64,000 nt of DNA. Origin: Eledone cirrhosa (lineage: Eukaryota). Shown here in pieces: positions 30,773 through 42,859 of this stretch (position 1 is the first letter of the stretch; each line of letters begins with the position of its first letter). The position numbers and the translations under genes are program-made. Below the pieces are notes generated by a model. That model saw only the letters and a list, made by a program, of their open reading frames with translations, made no database searches and was not told the DNA's origin. The stretch covers positions 269,452,001-269,516,000 of the forward strand of contig OZ024740.1 of the NCBI GenBank assembly GCA_964016885.1, in the 5' to 3' direction.

Positions 30773-31535
30773 GTTGGTACCACAAAACATCCAGCCCACA
30801 CTGTAAAGTAGACGTGTAAGACACAGTAAAAAGCACCCAGCACACACTGTAAATGTGGTTGGCGCTAGGAACGGCATCCAGCCATAAAAAAACAGCCCAA
30901 AACAGTCCTATATGAGCGAAATACGGTCACCCGACTCATATTGCCTCTAAATGGGACAAACCCGTCTAACCCATGCTAGCATGGAAGATGGACGTTAAAT
31001 GATGATGATGATGATATATAGTTAATAAATGAAACAAACAAAACACAGGAGGCAATTTTACACAGTTATATTAGGTTCACGCTTGGTGGAAGTGGAGGAG
31101 GTTTGAATGTTTCGGACAGAAGTCCTTCTTCAGGAAAGTTCTGATAAGGAAGAAACAGATGTATGTATGAGTAGTGTGCATCATCATCATTTCATGTCTA
31201 TTTTCCAAGCTTACATGTGTTAGATGGGTTGTCACTTTATGAGAGCAATCAGGTCCAGAGATCATGTAATGTTCATACAGATCTGTATATTAGCTTAGTT
31301 TCTACAGCTGGATGCCCTTCCTCATGCCAACCATGCTAGAATGTGAACTGGGTGTTTTTTATCATGTCACCAGTACGACCACCTTACATGGTGGACTGGG
31401 TGCTTTTTATCGTGTCACCAGCACAATCATATTGCAGGGTAGTCTGGGCACTTTTTGTTGCGTCACCAACATGACCACCTTACAGGATGGACTGGGTGTT
31501 GTGGCACTTGATCAGCATACAGGGTGGACTTAATG
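29560..31535. mobile_element. Cluster of RTE-tail/SINE fragments (29560-29730 +, 30495-30670 +, 30769-31015 +, 31180-31535 -)
   Basis: Shared AGGAAGGGCATCCAGC, AAAAGCACCCAG and (GAT)n motifs. Confidence 0.6.
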
Positions 31536-32337
31536 CTTTTTGCTTTGCTAATGGCATTGTGGGAGATCAGATGTAGAGAGTGTCCAGATTCCATGATTGT
31601 ATGCATGGATAGGGTAGGCAAGGTGTATCAGGGGCGAGGATTTGGAGGTGGGGAGTAAGCAAGTTTGACATCGACAAGGTGAGTGGGATATTTAGCTAGT
31701 GAGGGTGGAGTTTTAAGATTTGGGAGTGAATGGGAAGAGGTGAAGAGAAGATTATGTCCTCTACGTGTTTGTTTCATTTCATTTTGTGCTTTTAGTAACG
31801 AGGGTCTTCTGCAGTACAACATGATGCCAGAGCTTTCGAAACTGTGTCATCTTCTTTGTGAGGTTTTTTGGGGCAAAGTCAGCTCTAATCACTTCATCTA
31901 TCTCTCTTTATATATATATATATAAAGTGATGAATTGACAAAGTTGTTAGATGAAATAGAATCATTTGCAGTATTCATTTCATCTCCCTATATTCTGAGA
32001 TAAATCCCAGAGAGGTCAACTTCGCCTTTCATCCTTTCAAGATCAATGAAAAGGACTATTAATCCAGTACTAGGGTTGATCCTTCAACTATATCTCTTTC
32101 TCACATCCTCTCTCTCTTCTCTGGAAGAAATCAGCTGGGTTCAGACCTTGAAAAGGATGGGCTCAGTCAGGTTTAAATGCACAAGGAACTGAGCATCACT
32201 AGAGTACCCCAACAACTCCATCAGGAGATATTAGTTCATAAATACATGCACTCATATATATATATATATATATACACATATGTACTCACATATATATATA
32301 CAGATATATACTCACATATATACATACACACACAACA

Positions 32338-33748
32338 GCCAAGTTATGAAAGTGATGGAAAGTATTATAGCACCGCTAATTAGGGAAAGGGTCAAATAAG
32401 ATAAAATACACTTTGGTTTCATACCATGAAAAAGTACTACAGATGCCCTCTTTCTAATGAGGCAACTACAAGAGAAGTTCCTAGTCAAGAATAAGCTCCT
32501 ATATCTAGCTTTTGTTGATCTATAAAAAGCCTTTGACAGAGTACCTCAATCTATTATCTGGTGATCCTTAAGGAAATTAAGTGTAGAAGAATGGCTTGTG
32601 AGAGCAGTGCAAGCCATGAACAGAGAAGCTGTCAGTAAAGTGAGAGTAGAAAGTGAGAGTAGTGAGTAATTCAAGATACAAGTAGAAGTTATTCACTGTT
32701 CAGTTCTTAGCCCACTACTGTTCATCATAGTTCTCTAGGCCATAACAGAAGAGCTTAAAACTGGTTGTCAATTTGGTCCTTATAGCTGAATCCATAAAAG
32801 AACTAAAGAATAAGTTCCAATAATGGAAACAGAATTTGGAATTGAAAGGACTGAGAGTAAACTTAGCCAAATCTAAAGTGCTACTAAGTAGAAAATAAAA
32901 TAGGAGCCTGATTCCTTCAGGAAAATGGCCCTGCTCAATATGTAGAAAAAGAATAGGCATGAACTCCATACAATGTACACAACGTAAATATTGGGTACAC
33001 AAGAGATGTAGTGGAATAATGTGTAGACTAATAGGAAGGCAAGACTTTTGTACATAAAAGTTGCACAGTGGTAATCGTGGGGAAGAATGTTGGTGATATA
33101 AACCTTTTCCAATCACATGAGGGATGCATTGAAGTAGTTGATAGCTTCTGCTATCTAAGTGACTTAATTAAGAAAGGTGGCAAGTGTTCTGGGAGCATAA
33201 TAGCTAGAATAAGGATAGGATGGAAAAAGTTCAGAGAACAACTCCTACTGTGGCCAACAAAATATTTCTTCCTACATACAAAAGGAGGACTGTGTGATGC
33301 TTGTGTGCAAAGTGTGATGCAGCATGAAATATAGGCAGTAACTGTTGAGAACATACATAGGCTGGAGAGAAATGAAGCAGCCATGCTTTGTTGGATGTGC
33401 AATATAAATGTGGGAGAAAGGCAGAACTTGGATAAAATGAGGGAGAAACTGGATTTAAGAGGAATCCAAAGTGCTGGGCAAAAGAGAAGACTGCAAAAGT
33501 ACAGATATGTGATGCACATGGATGATGAATGCTGGATGAAGAAGTGTCAATAAATCTCAGTGGAGGGAAGTCACAAAAGTGGTAGACCAAGGAAGACCTG
33601 AGCAGATGCAGTGAGAGCTCATCACAAGTCACTGAGCTTCACAGAGGACATGACAAAGGAACACGTGAGGAGAGATGCTGTGTTGTAAATAACCCACCTA
33701 ACCCATGCAAGTGTGGAAAAGCAGACGTAAACATGATGATGATGATGA
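32338..33748 (+). pseudogene. Decayed copy of the PHD-containing RTE family
   Basis: Colinear with 13510-14928 (KAFDRVP, PSGKWPC, IGWKKFRE) with many stops; (GAT)n tail. Confidence 0.8.
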
Positions 33749-34399
33749 CACACATGTATATGATGGTTGTCTACTAGATTCTGAGTTTGATAACACTTTT
33801 ACTTATATGATAATTATGAGCCATTGGCATCATAACAAGCTCTTTCGTAGCTTTTTAAACCAGGAAGTGATTTACATTGAATTCTACATATAGGATATAT
33901 CTTTTATCTTTGGCATTTTATTGCCATACCACTTGATGCCTGACTTGGACTTGCATAATTTACCACAGCTCATCAGACTGACAAAATGTCGATTTGGTGA
34001 GCTGTGGAAATAATCTACAGCAAAACGTGCATTTTTAACAGGTGAAAATGTTCTGAATACAACATAAATTAGTATATCACAGCTCATCGCTCAGGCTGTG
34101 TGCTCTACTAGCTTTGGATATAATTTTTTTTTAATGGACTTCACTATATATATATATATATATATATGGTTGTGTGTCACAGCAAAAAGCACCCAGTCCA
34201 CACTGTAGAGTGGTCAGGAAGGCATCATGACAAAATGTACCCAGTACTCACTATGAGGTTGGCACTAGGAAGGGCATCCAGCTGTATCAACCAAGCCAAA
34301 ATTGGTTCTGTATGAGCATGACATGGCCACATGACAGCATTGCTCACAACAGGATAACTCATCTAACCCATGTTAGCATGGAAGAATACACACTAAATG

Positions 34400-35128
34400 C
34401 CCACTTATTCCTGCAAAGGTCATGGGGGCTGAGTCTTCAGACACTCTAACCATCTTGCTCGGTGTCTCCCCGAGTTTCTTGCTGGTTGGTTTTGCCTGTA
34501 AAATCTGTCCAGCAATTCTAACCACATGCCCATACTATCGGAGTTATGATCTCTCAATTCAGAGAAGTAGCGGCTCTACCTGGAGTGACTCTCTGATCTC
34601 CAATCTACACACTCTATCGAGTAATGTTACTCCAAAGACTTTTCGGAGTAACCCTATTTCTGTCACTTGTATTCACGATAATATTCTTTAGGTCATTATC
34701 AGAGATTCATGCCCATAGGTAAGGATTGGCATGAATACCGAATTGAAGATAGCAAGTTTGGCTTTTACACCTACCCTCCTTCTTCTGATGACTGACTGCT
34801 TAAGTTGCACCAACTCCTACAATTCATGCACTTAATTCAGCCTCCTGCCTTCCATCACTCATGAACAGGCCCTGAGACACTAGAACTCCTATACCTGCTT
34901 CAGTGGAACTCCATTCACATGTAGAGTGCACTGTGCAGGCTTCTTTGAGAGGACAAGTGTCTCAGTTTTCAAAGCACTGATTTTCATTCCAGCCATACAG
35001 CACTGGAGTTCAAGATCACCTTCTGTCAAGTTAAGTAATACCATGTTGTCTGCAAATTCCAACTAACTGATTTTCCACCCATCAGTCATAATACCACTTC
35101 CAACCCAGCTGCACATGTTAATCCTAGC
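34400..35128 (-). pseudogene. Decayed RTE RT/C-terminal fragment
   Basis: Reverse-complement similarity to 42260-42760. Confidence 0.7.
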
Positions 35129-35560
35129 AAACCTGGACCAACTGTGGTAATAAACTTCTAGTGGATATGGTGCAATGGATGACAATTGTAGCTCCCAAGA
35201 AAACTCTCACAACCCAATGACAGCTACAACAAAGCAAGTAAAAGCTGCCTCGCGGATTTCAGAAAGTACCAGATTGGTTACTAGCACAAATAAAACCACG
35301 GAAACTGCAATATGATGATGAAAACAAAAAAGAACCATACCCCATCATCCTTCGCACAAGGGATGAGTTTAAGCCTGTTCGAAAAATATATTGCAGTCTC
35401 TATTTCATGTCACAAAAACTGTCGATGGGCCTGCGACCTGTCTGAGATGGACGCACACAATTCCATTCAATACCCAAAGAGGGTTCGGAAGGGAGAAAAT
35501 TATAACAATTGGATATATATATATATATAATATAAGATCAAAAGATGCTTAAAAGAGTTC

Positions 35561-35645
35561 CATGTATTTTATTATGCGCATTTCAAAAACAAATATCATC
35601 ATGGGATGATATTTGCGTTCTCATCAGATAAAATAGGGAGACATG
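35561..35645 (-). ncRNA. Type I hammerhead ribozyme (second family)
   Basis: TATTTTAT-CTGATGA-[GCAAATATCATC/GATGATATTTGT stem II]-GAAA-TGCGCA-TA-ATAAAATA; perfect 8-bp stem I. Confidence 0.8.
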
Positions 35646-36330
35646 ATATGAAGCTTAAAAAACACTTGCGAGCAGTGAAGTGTTAAATCTACATATGAAA
35701 AATAAGATGGATATATGAGATTGGGAAAAAAAAAAGAAGGAAGGGGGAAGGAAAAGGTAAGGAAGAGGAAGAAAGAAAATAAAGGATGACGAGGGAGGAG
35801 TACGAGAGAGGAGGAGAATGAGTGAGAGAGAGAGAGATAGCCTTTAATACCGAGAAACACTGTCTCACAGAGAGAAATTGGAAAAAACGTTGTAAGATAA
35901 TACATAATTTAAAAAAAATTTTGAAATTAAAAGTTAATGATGTTTATGAATGGTGATGCTTATGATTAAAGAAAAAGGAAATAAGAATAGTATTTATTTA
36001 AGATTTATATATTGAAGGGTTTAATAATATGTGCAAAAAGGAATTTATTAATATGTATTATTAAAATAAAAATATTAAGGAGATAAGTTGAATGAAGAAG
36101 AGATTAAATAAATTATGAACTTAGAGGAATTAGTTAGGGTCTAAGTTTGTTTCTATTTATTGTAACATGAAAAGGTAAATAATAGGTTTAATACGAGCAC
36201 GGAAGGAGGAGAAGAAAGGAGAAAATTTAAGGGAGAAAAAATATATAACATCAAAAAAAATATGTTTACAAAATTTACTAGTGGTAATATTAGTATATAT
36301 TAAAAATATAGTTTGAATATAAGGGAAATT

Positions 36331-37178
36331 CTATAGTGAGTAATAATTGTTTCTAATTTAGGCACAAGGCCAGCAATTAACCGTGCATTACTGGTACTAT
36401 AGTGAGTAATAATTGTTTCTACTTTAGGCACAAGGCCAGCAATTAACCAGTGCATTACTGGTACTATAGTGAGTAATAATTGTTTCTACTTTAGGCACAA
36501 GGCCAGCAATTAACCAGTGCATTACTGGTACTATAGTGAGTAATAATTGTTTCTACTTTTGGCACAAGGCCAGTAATTAACCAGTGTATTACTGGTACTT
36601 TATTTTATCGACCCCGTAAGGATGAAAGACAAAGTCAACCTCGGCGGGATTTGAACTCAGATCGTAAAGAGACGTAACTATGCTGGAAAGCATGGCGTCC
36701 GACCCTCTACCGATACTGCCAATCCACCGCGAGTAATAATTGTTTCTACTTTAGGCACAAGGCCAACAATTAATCAGTGTATTACTGGTACTTTATTTTA
36801 TCGACCCCGGCAAAGTCAACCTTGGCGGGATTTGAACACCGCGAGTAATAATATGAGTTAAGAAGTAATTGAGAAGTAAAAGTTACAGGTTAAAGATTAG
36901 AAATTAAAAAAGAAAAAAGGAAAAAAGGAAAAAAAGGATAAAAAAGAAGAAAAATAGGGGACCGCTAACGACATAGAATGAGTAAATTGTATAATATAAT
37001 TGTTTCTACTTTTGGCACAATGCCAGAAAATTACCCAGTACATTACTGGTACTTTATTTTATGGACCCTGTAAGGATGAAAGACAAAGTTAACCTCGACG
37101 GGATTTGAACTCAGATCGTAAAGGGACGTAACTATGCTGGAAAGCATGGCGTCCGACTCTCTACCGATACTGCCAATC
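36331..37178 (-). mobile_element. Meta-type SINE cluster including a ~67-bp tandem stutter of the SINE 3' end
   Basis: Units start at 36331, 36397, 36464 and 36531. Full SINE to ~36729, partial to ~36840, another at 36995-37178. Confidence 0.8.
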
Positions 37179-37387
37179 CTCTTCCTTACCTTTTCCTTCC
37201 CCCCTCTTCTTATATAATATAATATACTGAAATAAGGTAGAAAGATGGGTATATTTAAACTAATTAGGTGGTGAGATATTATACTTCCCCCTTCCTTCTT
37301 TTTTTTTCCCAATCTCATATATCCATCTAATTTTTCATATGTAGATTTAACAATTCACTGCCCGCAAGTGTTTTTTAAGCTTCATAT

Positions 37388-37472
37388 CATGTCTCCCTAT
37401 TTCATCTGATGAGAACGCAAATATCATCCCATGATGATATTTGTTTTTGAAATGCGCATAATAAAATACATG
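37388..37472 (+). ncRNA. Type I hammerhead ribozyme (second family, inverted partner)
   Basis: CTGATGA 37406-37412, GAAA 37449-37452, palindromic TGCGCA, UA cleavage site; one mismatch in stem I. Confidence 0.75.
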
Positions 37473-37787
37473 AAACTCTTTTAACCATCTTTTGATCTTA
37501 TATTATTTATACTCCAGTCCTATAAACTGTTGAGTGCTACTTATCCGATATTTGCATTGCTTTATTGTGCTACAATAAAACTCACCTCCTACATATATAT
37601 ATATATATATATGTGTGAAGTAATTCCGTCGGAAAAGTCCAGGAAAAAAGAGTGCTCTATGTAGGTAACAGAGCTTAATTATTATTATGTAATAAACAAC
37701 ATAAGGCAATTATTCCATTTACCAGTGGTTTCTTAAAAGCAAAAGGTTTTGCTTTCAATCCTCAGAATGAAAAAAAATATATATATA

Positions 37788-37943
37788 CAAGGGTCGGATG
37801 AAAAGTTCATAGGCTGACTATGAATGACTGATGCTAGAACTGTGGAATCTTGCATTGTTTCTTACGAGAGACTATACTGAAAAATAAACCCCATGTTCAT
37901 GAGAATATCTTTGTCAGCCTATGAACTTTTCAGCCGAGCCTTG
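37788..37943. mobile_element. Mariner-type MITE
   Basis: 31-bp TIRs CAAGGGTCGGATGAAAAGTTCATAGGCTGAC with 2 mismatches; TA on the left flank. Confidence 0.8.
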
Positions 37944-39408
37944 TGAATGTTTGTGTGTGTGTGTATATATGTATGTAAAGATCCCCTTCGGTCACGAATG
38001 TCCATGGGACTTGCACCTAAAAAGTTTCCCTCCGAGGCACAAGTCCGGGTAAGGTTGTTTTTGGAAGACCAGCACTCACACATGCATACCAGCCTCCCAT
38101 CTCCACGTCACCGATGTTGTCTAAGGGGATACAGCTTGACACCAGTGACGTCGTAACTCATTTCTACAGCCGAGTAAACTGGGGCAAATCCAATGCCCTA
38201 ACCACTAAGCCATGCTCCTATATATATATAGACATATATTACATGACATACGCACTTTCGATTACATGCAACCACACACACACACAATCTACCACCACCA
38301 CAAAAAAAAAAAAAAACTGTTTTCCTAATACAATTTTACATTGACTGGAAAACAAGTAGATAAAAGATTAAATTTTATTTTCGGGTGTTAAGTGTGTATA
38401 ATAAGGCTTACAGCGGAAGAGACATTTGAAAATATATAAATTTCAAATATACAATACAAAGTAATCTTGGTTCAGATTATCCCTTGAGCAAAGTAATGGT
38501 ACATAAATTTCCCTGAAGAGTTTTGTGAAATTAGGTATTATTAGGCACTAAAGTATAATTTAAAATAATTGTTTCTACTTTAGGCACAAGGCCATAATTA
38601 CCCAGTGCATTACTGGTACTTTATTTTAAAGTACCAGTATAATTTAAAATAATACTATGCTAATACGAAGTATTTATTTCTAGTTATCGGACAGAATATC
38701 TGAGTAATTTTATTCGTTTCCAACTGAATAAATATTGTAACAAGTGAGGTCGATATAAATAAGATATTGAAGTTTCACGTAGTTCCAACACTACTTAACT
38801 AAAAATAAATTCAGATTTTCAGCTAATAATTATAAGAATTTGTTGATTTTGTCGATTTCTAGTCGCAGAAGTAGGAACACTTCAACGAAGTAAGTCGACT
38901 ATCGGTTTATTATTGTTCGGCGGTGTTGTAAATAAATGTTTGTCAACCTATTTGAAGCCCGGCTATCGATTACTAAATAGTACATTTATCATGCAATATG
39001 CGTGTTTAGAATAGTTACGAATGCAAGAGAACGAAATATACATAAGATGTTATTAATGCCGCATTACCATGTTTAGTCAGTTTTAGGCGCCAAGGCTGGT
39101 TAGTAAGCAGTAAATATGTTTTAAGATGATAAACTGATATGCTTTCAGAAAAAAAGACAAAAACGATACACTTATAATAATAAAAGTTATGATAATAAAA
39201 TACCTGCATAGTGGACAGATTTGAAGAAGTAAACAAACGCAATTAAGTTAAACAAAATGTAGCAGACGAGATCAGCTGTACGATTAATCACTTGTTTGTC
39301 ACAGACACATGGCCGGACGGTGTTACTGAAAATTTGTTCCGTAAGAATATATATTCCATAAAGTCTCCCACTAAATAAGCTTCTATAAAATATTTATTTA
39401 ATTCCTTC

Positions 39409-39782
39409 CTCTCGGGTCTTGAATAATCGCCCCACCTCTACCCCTGCTTATTAACTTTTCAGATTTTTTCCAACTTCCTCTATGCTTCTATTCCACCACG
39501 CCCTGCTTATTAAATTTTGTTTACCTATCTCCGCGGAAATTTTATTGTAAGTAATTCATATTGATTCAGAAGCTGGAGAATCTAATAATTATTTTATTTG
39601 ACTTTAAAAAAACCCATTATATATGACAAAAAGTACATTACAAGAAATCCCGAATTTACGAATGTACACTAAACAACTACCGATCAGCCTGTTTATTCCT
39701 CCCTCCTTCACTTATCAGAATGTAAGCAAATGTCCACCCCACCTCCGCTTATCCACCCCTCTTATTATTTGGGACTCGAGAG
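39409..39782. mobile_element. Non-autonomous DNA transposon (TA-targeting, imperfect TIRs)
   Basis: CTCTCGGGTCTTGAATAAT versus ATTATTTGGGACTCGAGAG followed by TA. Confidence 0.5.
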
Positions 39783-39804
39783 TATATACAAGAAGAGGGG
39801 AATA

Positions 39805-41190
39805 TAATTGATGGTTTCTTATATAGGCACAAGGCCAGCAATTTTTGGGGGAGGGGAAAGTCGATTAAATCGATCCAAGTGCGTGACTGGTACTTTATTT
39901 TATCGATCCCGTAAGAATGAAAGGCAAAGTTAACCTCGGTGGGATTTGAACTCAGATCATAAAGGGCCGTAACTCTATGCTGCAAAGTATGGCGTCCGAC
40001 ACTCTATCGATACTGCCAATCCACCGCTTAAGAGGGGAGTACAATTAATAAAATCGATTGCAGTCTATTACTGCTATTAGTATAAAAAGGTGAAACTTAA
40101 CGTTGTTCCCAGTATCTAACAAGATAGAATTAAATATTTCAAACGTTAAATACTTGACACTATTGTAGAATACCCGAGGAAAAAACAATGATTTTTAATT
40201 TGAGCACAAGTCCAGCAAATTTGGAGAGAAAGAAAAGTCGATCAAATCGACTTCAGTACTTGACTGGTACGTTTTTTTATCAACCTCCAAATAATTGTTT
40301 CTACTTTAGGCACAAGGCCAGCAATTACCCAGTGCATTACTGGTACTTTATTTTATCGACCCCGTAAGGATAAAAGGCAAAGTCAACCTCGGAGGATTTG
40401 AACTCAGATCGTAAAGGGACGTAACTATGCTGGAAAGCATGGCGTCCGACCCTCTACCGATACTGCCAATCCACCCAAATAATGAAAGGCAAAGTTGACC
40501 TCAGCGAGATTTGAACACAGATCATAAAAAGTATTATCAAATGCTGCAAAACATTTGCTCTGGTGTTCTACCGATACTACTAATCCACCACACTGCCCGA
40601 ACAAATAATGGTTTCAAATTTAGGCACAAGGTCAACAAGTTTTCTTTTTTATTTGTGTGTGTGTGGGGGGGGGGGGTCGAGTATATTGACCCTAGTTCTT
40701 TATGCTACTTTATTTTATCGACCCGGAAGGATAAAAGACAAAGTTCACCTCAGTAGGATTTGAACTCAGAAGTGCTTGAAGATATACCGCAAAGGAATTT
40801 TATCCGAAGCTATACCAATTTTTCCAATCAACTCCCCAACTCCCCGAACAAATAATGATTTCTACTTTAGGCATGTGGCCAGCAATTTAAAGAGGTACTT
40901 AATTGGTACTTTATCGACTTCGAAAGGATGAAAAACCAAATAACGCGAAGAATCTATCCGACACTCTAACGATTCTGCCAATACACCGCCCTTGCAAATA
41001 ATGGTTTCTACATTTGGCACCAGGGAAAGGGGAAAGTCGAATAACTTGACTCCAGTGCGTTACTGGTGCTTTATTTTAACGATCCCGTAACGATGAAAGG
41101 CAAAGCTAACCTCGACGGGAATTTATACTCAGAACTTAAAGGGTCGTATTATATGCCACAAAGTATGTTGTCCGACGCTCTACCACACTT
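39805..41190 (-). mobile_element. Cluster of at least 6 full or partial Meta-type SINEs, all minus strand, partly nested
   Basis: Repeated GGCACAAGGCCAGCAAT...TTTATCGACCCC...GATTTGAACTCAGA blocks. Confidence 0.8.
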
Positions 41191-41219
41191 ACAAATAATG
41201 AAAAGGGGAGAATACTCTC

Positions 41220-41815
41220 AGCTGCTTAATGCCGAGGAAATCGTTAGAAGTAACGGCCTTATGAGCCTGTGCATTTTGCGGTGGATGCCACTAAATATAG
41301 AACTATATGAAAAGGTGTAGTTATTGTTGGGTTCTGACTTCCTCGTCCACCAAGCTTCCCACTGTACCTTGTAGGTCGCCTTGGATCCGCCAGTTTTGTG
41401 GGCTTCTTTGTCTTTAGGTAGTCTAAAGTTGCAGATAATTAGATGGTGATCAGTTGACAGCCCAGCCACTTAACACAAACATCCAGCCCAGAATCAAAGA
41501 GATCAGACACAATAACAAAATCAATTATTGATCTCTGTCCCTCATTCCTCTTATACCATGTATATTTATGGATGTCTCTGTGCTGGAAGAAGGTGTTTAT
41601 AATAGAGAGTCCATTGCTGGAATAGAAGTCTAATAAAGCATTTCCATTTGTAGTTAGATTGGGGTCACTATTCCTTCCAGTCACACCTTTCCATATCCCG
41701 TGGTCAGTGCTAGCATGTGCATTGAAGGGGCAATCAGGATGTATGACTCAGTCTTAACTACATCTAATGGTGCAGTGACTTCATTAAGGAGGGACCTGTA
41801 TTCGGGCTCCTTGTT
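41220..41815 (-). pseudogene. RTE AP-endonuclease fragment
   Basis: Encodes NGNALLDF...NTFFQHRDIHKYTW...RSIIDFVIVS and STDHHLI. Confidence 0.75.
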
Positions 41816-41829
41816 TAGTCCATAACACA

Positions 41830-42770
41830 TTCTGACAGCCGCGTCCTTTGTTAAACCTCCCCGGTAAAGTTCTGCTAAGTGTCTAGCAAATGTGCAGGGA
41901 GATTGTCGAAGCTAGATCAAGCTAGCTGATGAAGAGTGCGGTGTTCGCTCCGGACACAGCACAGCCGACCAAATATTCACAATGCGGCAGGTCTTCGAGA
42001 AGTCATGGGAGTATTACCAAGAGCTATACGCTTGATTTGTAGATCTCGAAAAGACATATGACCAAGTTCATCGGGACCTGCTGGGGAGGTTGTGCAGGAT
42101 TAAGGGATCGATGGTCAGCTTCTTGCTGCCCTGATGTGTCTATACGAATGCCCGAGTATTTCTGTTCGGATAAATGGTGCTAAATCGAAACCATTCAATA
42201 TGGCAACCAGACTTCGCCAAGAGTGCGTACTGTCACCTCTCCCGTTCATTATTTTCATGAACAGGATTGATATGTGCAGCTGGGTTGGAAGTGATATAAT
42301 GACTGGTGGCTGGAAAATCAGTCAGCTGGGATTTGCAGACGACATTTTGTTACTTAACTCGACAGAAGGTGATCTCCGACTTGCACTTGATAAATTTGAT
42401 GCCGACTGCTGCTTGTCTGGAATGAAAATCAGTGCTGCGAAAACTCAAACACTCGTTCTCTCAATGAACCCTATGCAGTGCACTCTACATGTGATTGGAG
42501 TTCCACTGAAGCAGGTATAGGAGTTCAAGTATCTCGGGGCCGTGTTTACGAGTGATGGGAGGCTGAATTAAGTGCATGAATTGCAGGTGCTGGTGCAGTA
42601 ATGCGCCAGCTTCGGCATTCGGTAATCACAAGATGTATGTGTGAAAGCTAAACTCGCTATCTTCAATTACTTATTCGTGCCAACTCATGCTTGTGGTCAT
42701 GAATCTTGGGTAATGACCAAATGAATACGATCGCTAATACAAGCGGCCGAAATTATTCTCAGTAGCATTT
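41830..42770 (+). pseudogene. RTE reverse-transcriptase fragment
   Basis: Encodes LRQECVLSPLPF, FADDILL, GMKISAAKT, FKYLG. Confidence 0.8.
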
Positions 42771-42859
42771 TCAAAGCTACTGATTACTCTACTTGTAGTC
42801 AACTGATTGTTCCAAGAAAGTTGGTATAGAATGAATGCCTGAAGACGAAACACATGGAT

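Larger units (their letters stand above)
35529..37504. mobile_element. Element bounded by ~220-bp inverted repeats (35529-35752 / 37284-37504), each with a hammerhead; Penelope-like inverted pLTR structure with nested SINEs
   Basis: The arms are reverse complements (AATATAAGATCAAAAGATG / CATCTTTTGATCTTATATT); the left end abuts (TA)n. Confidence 0.7.
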
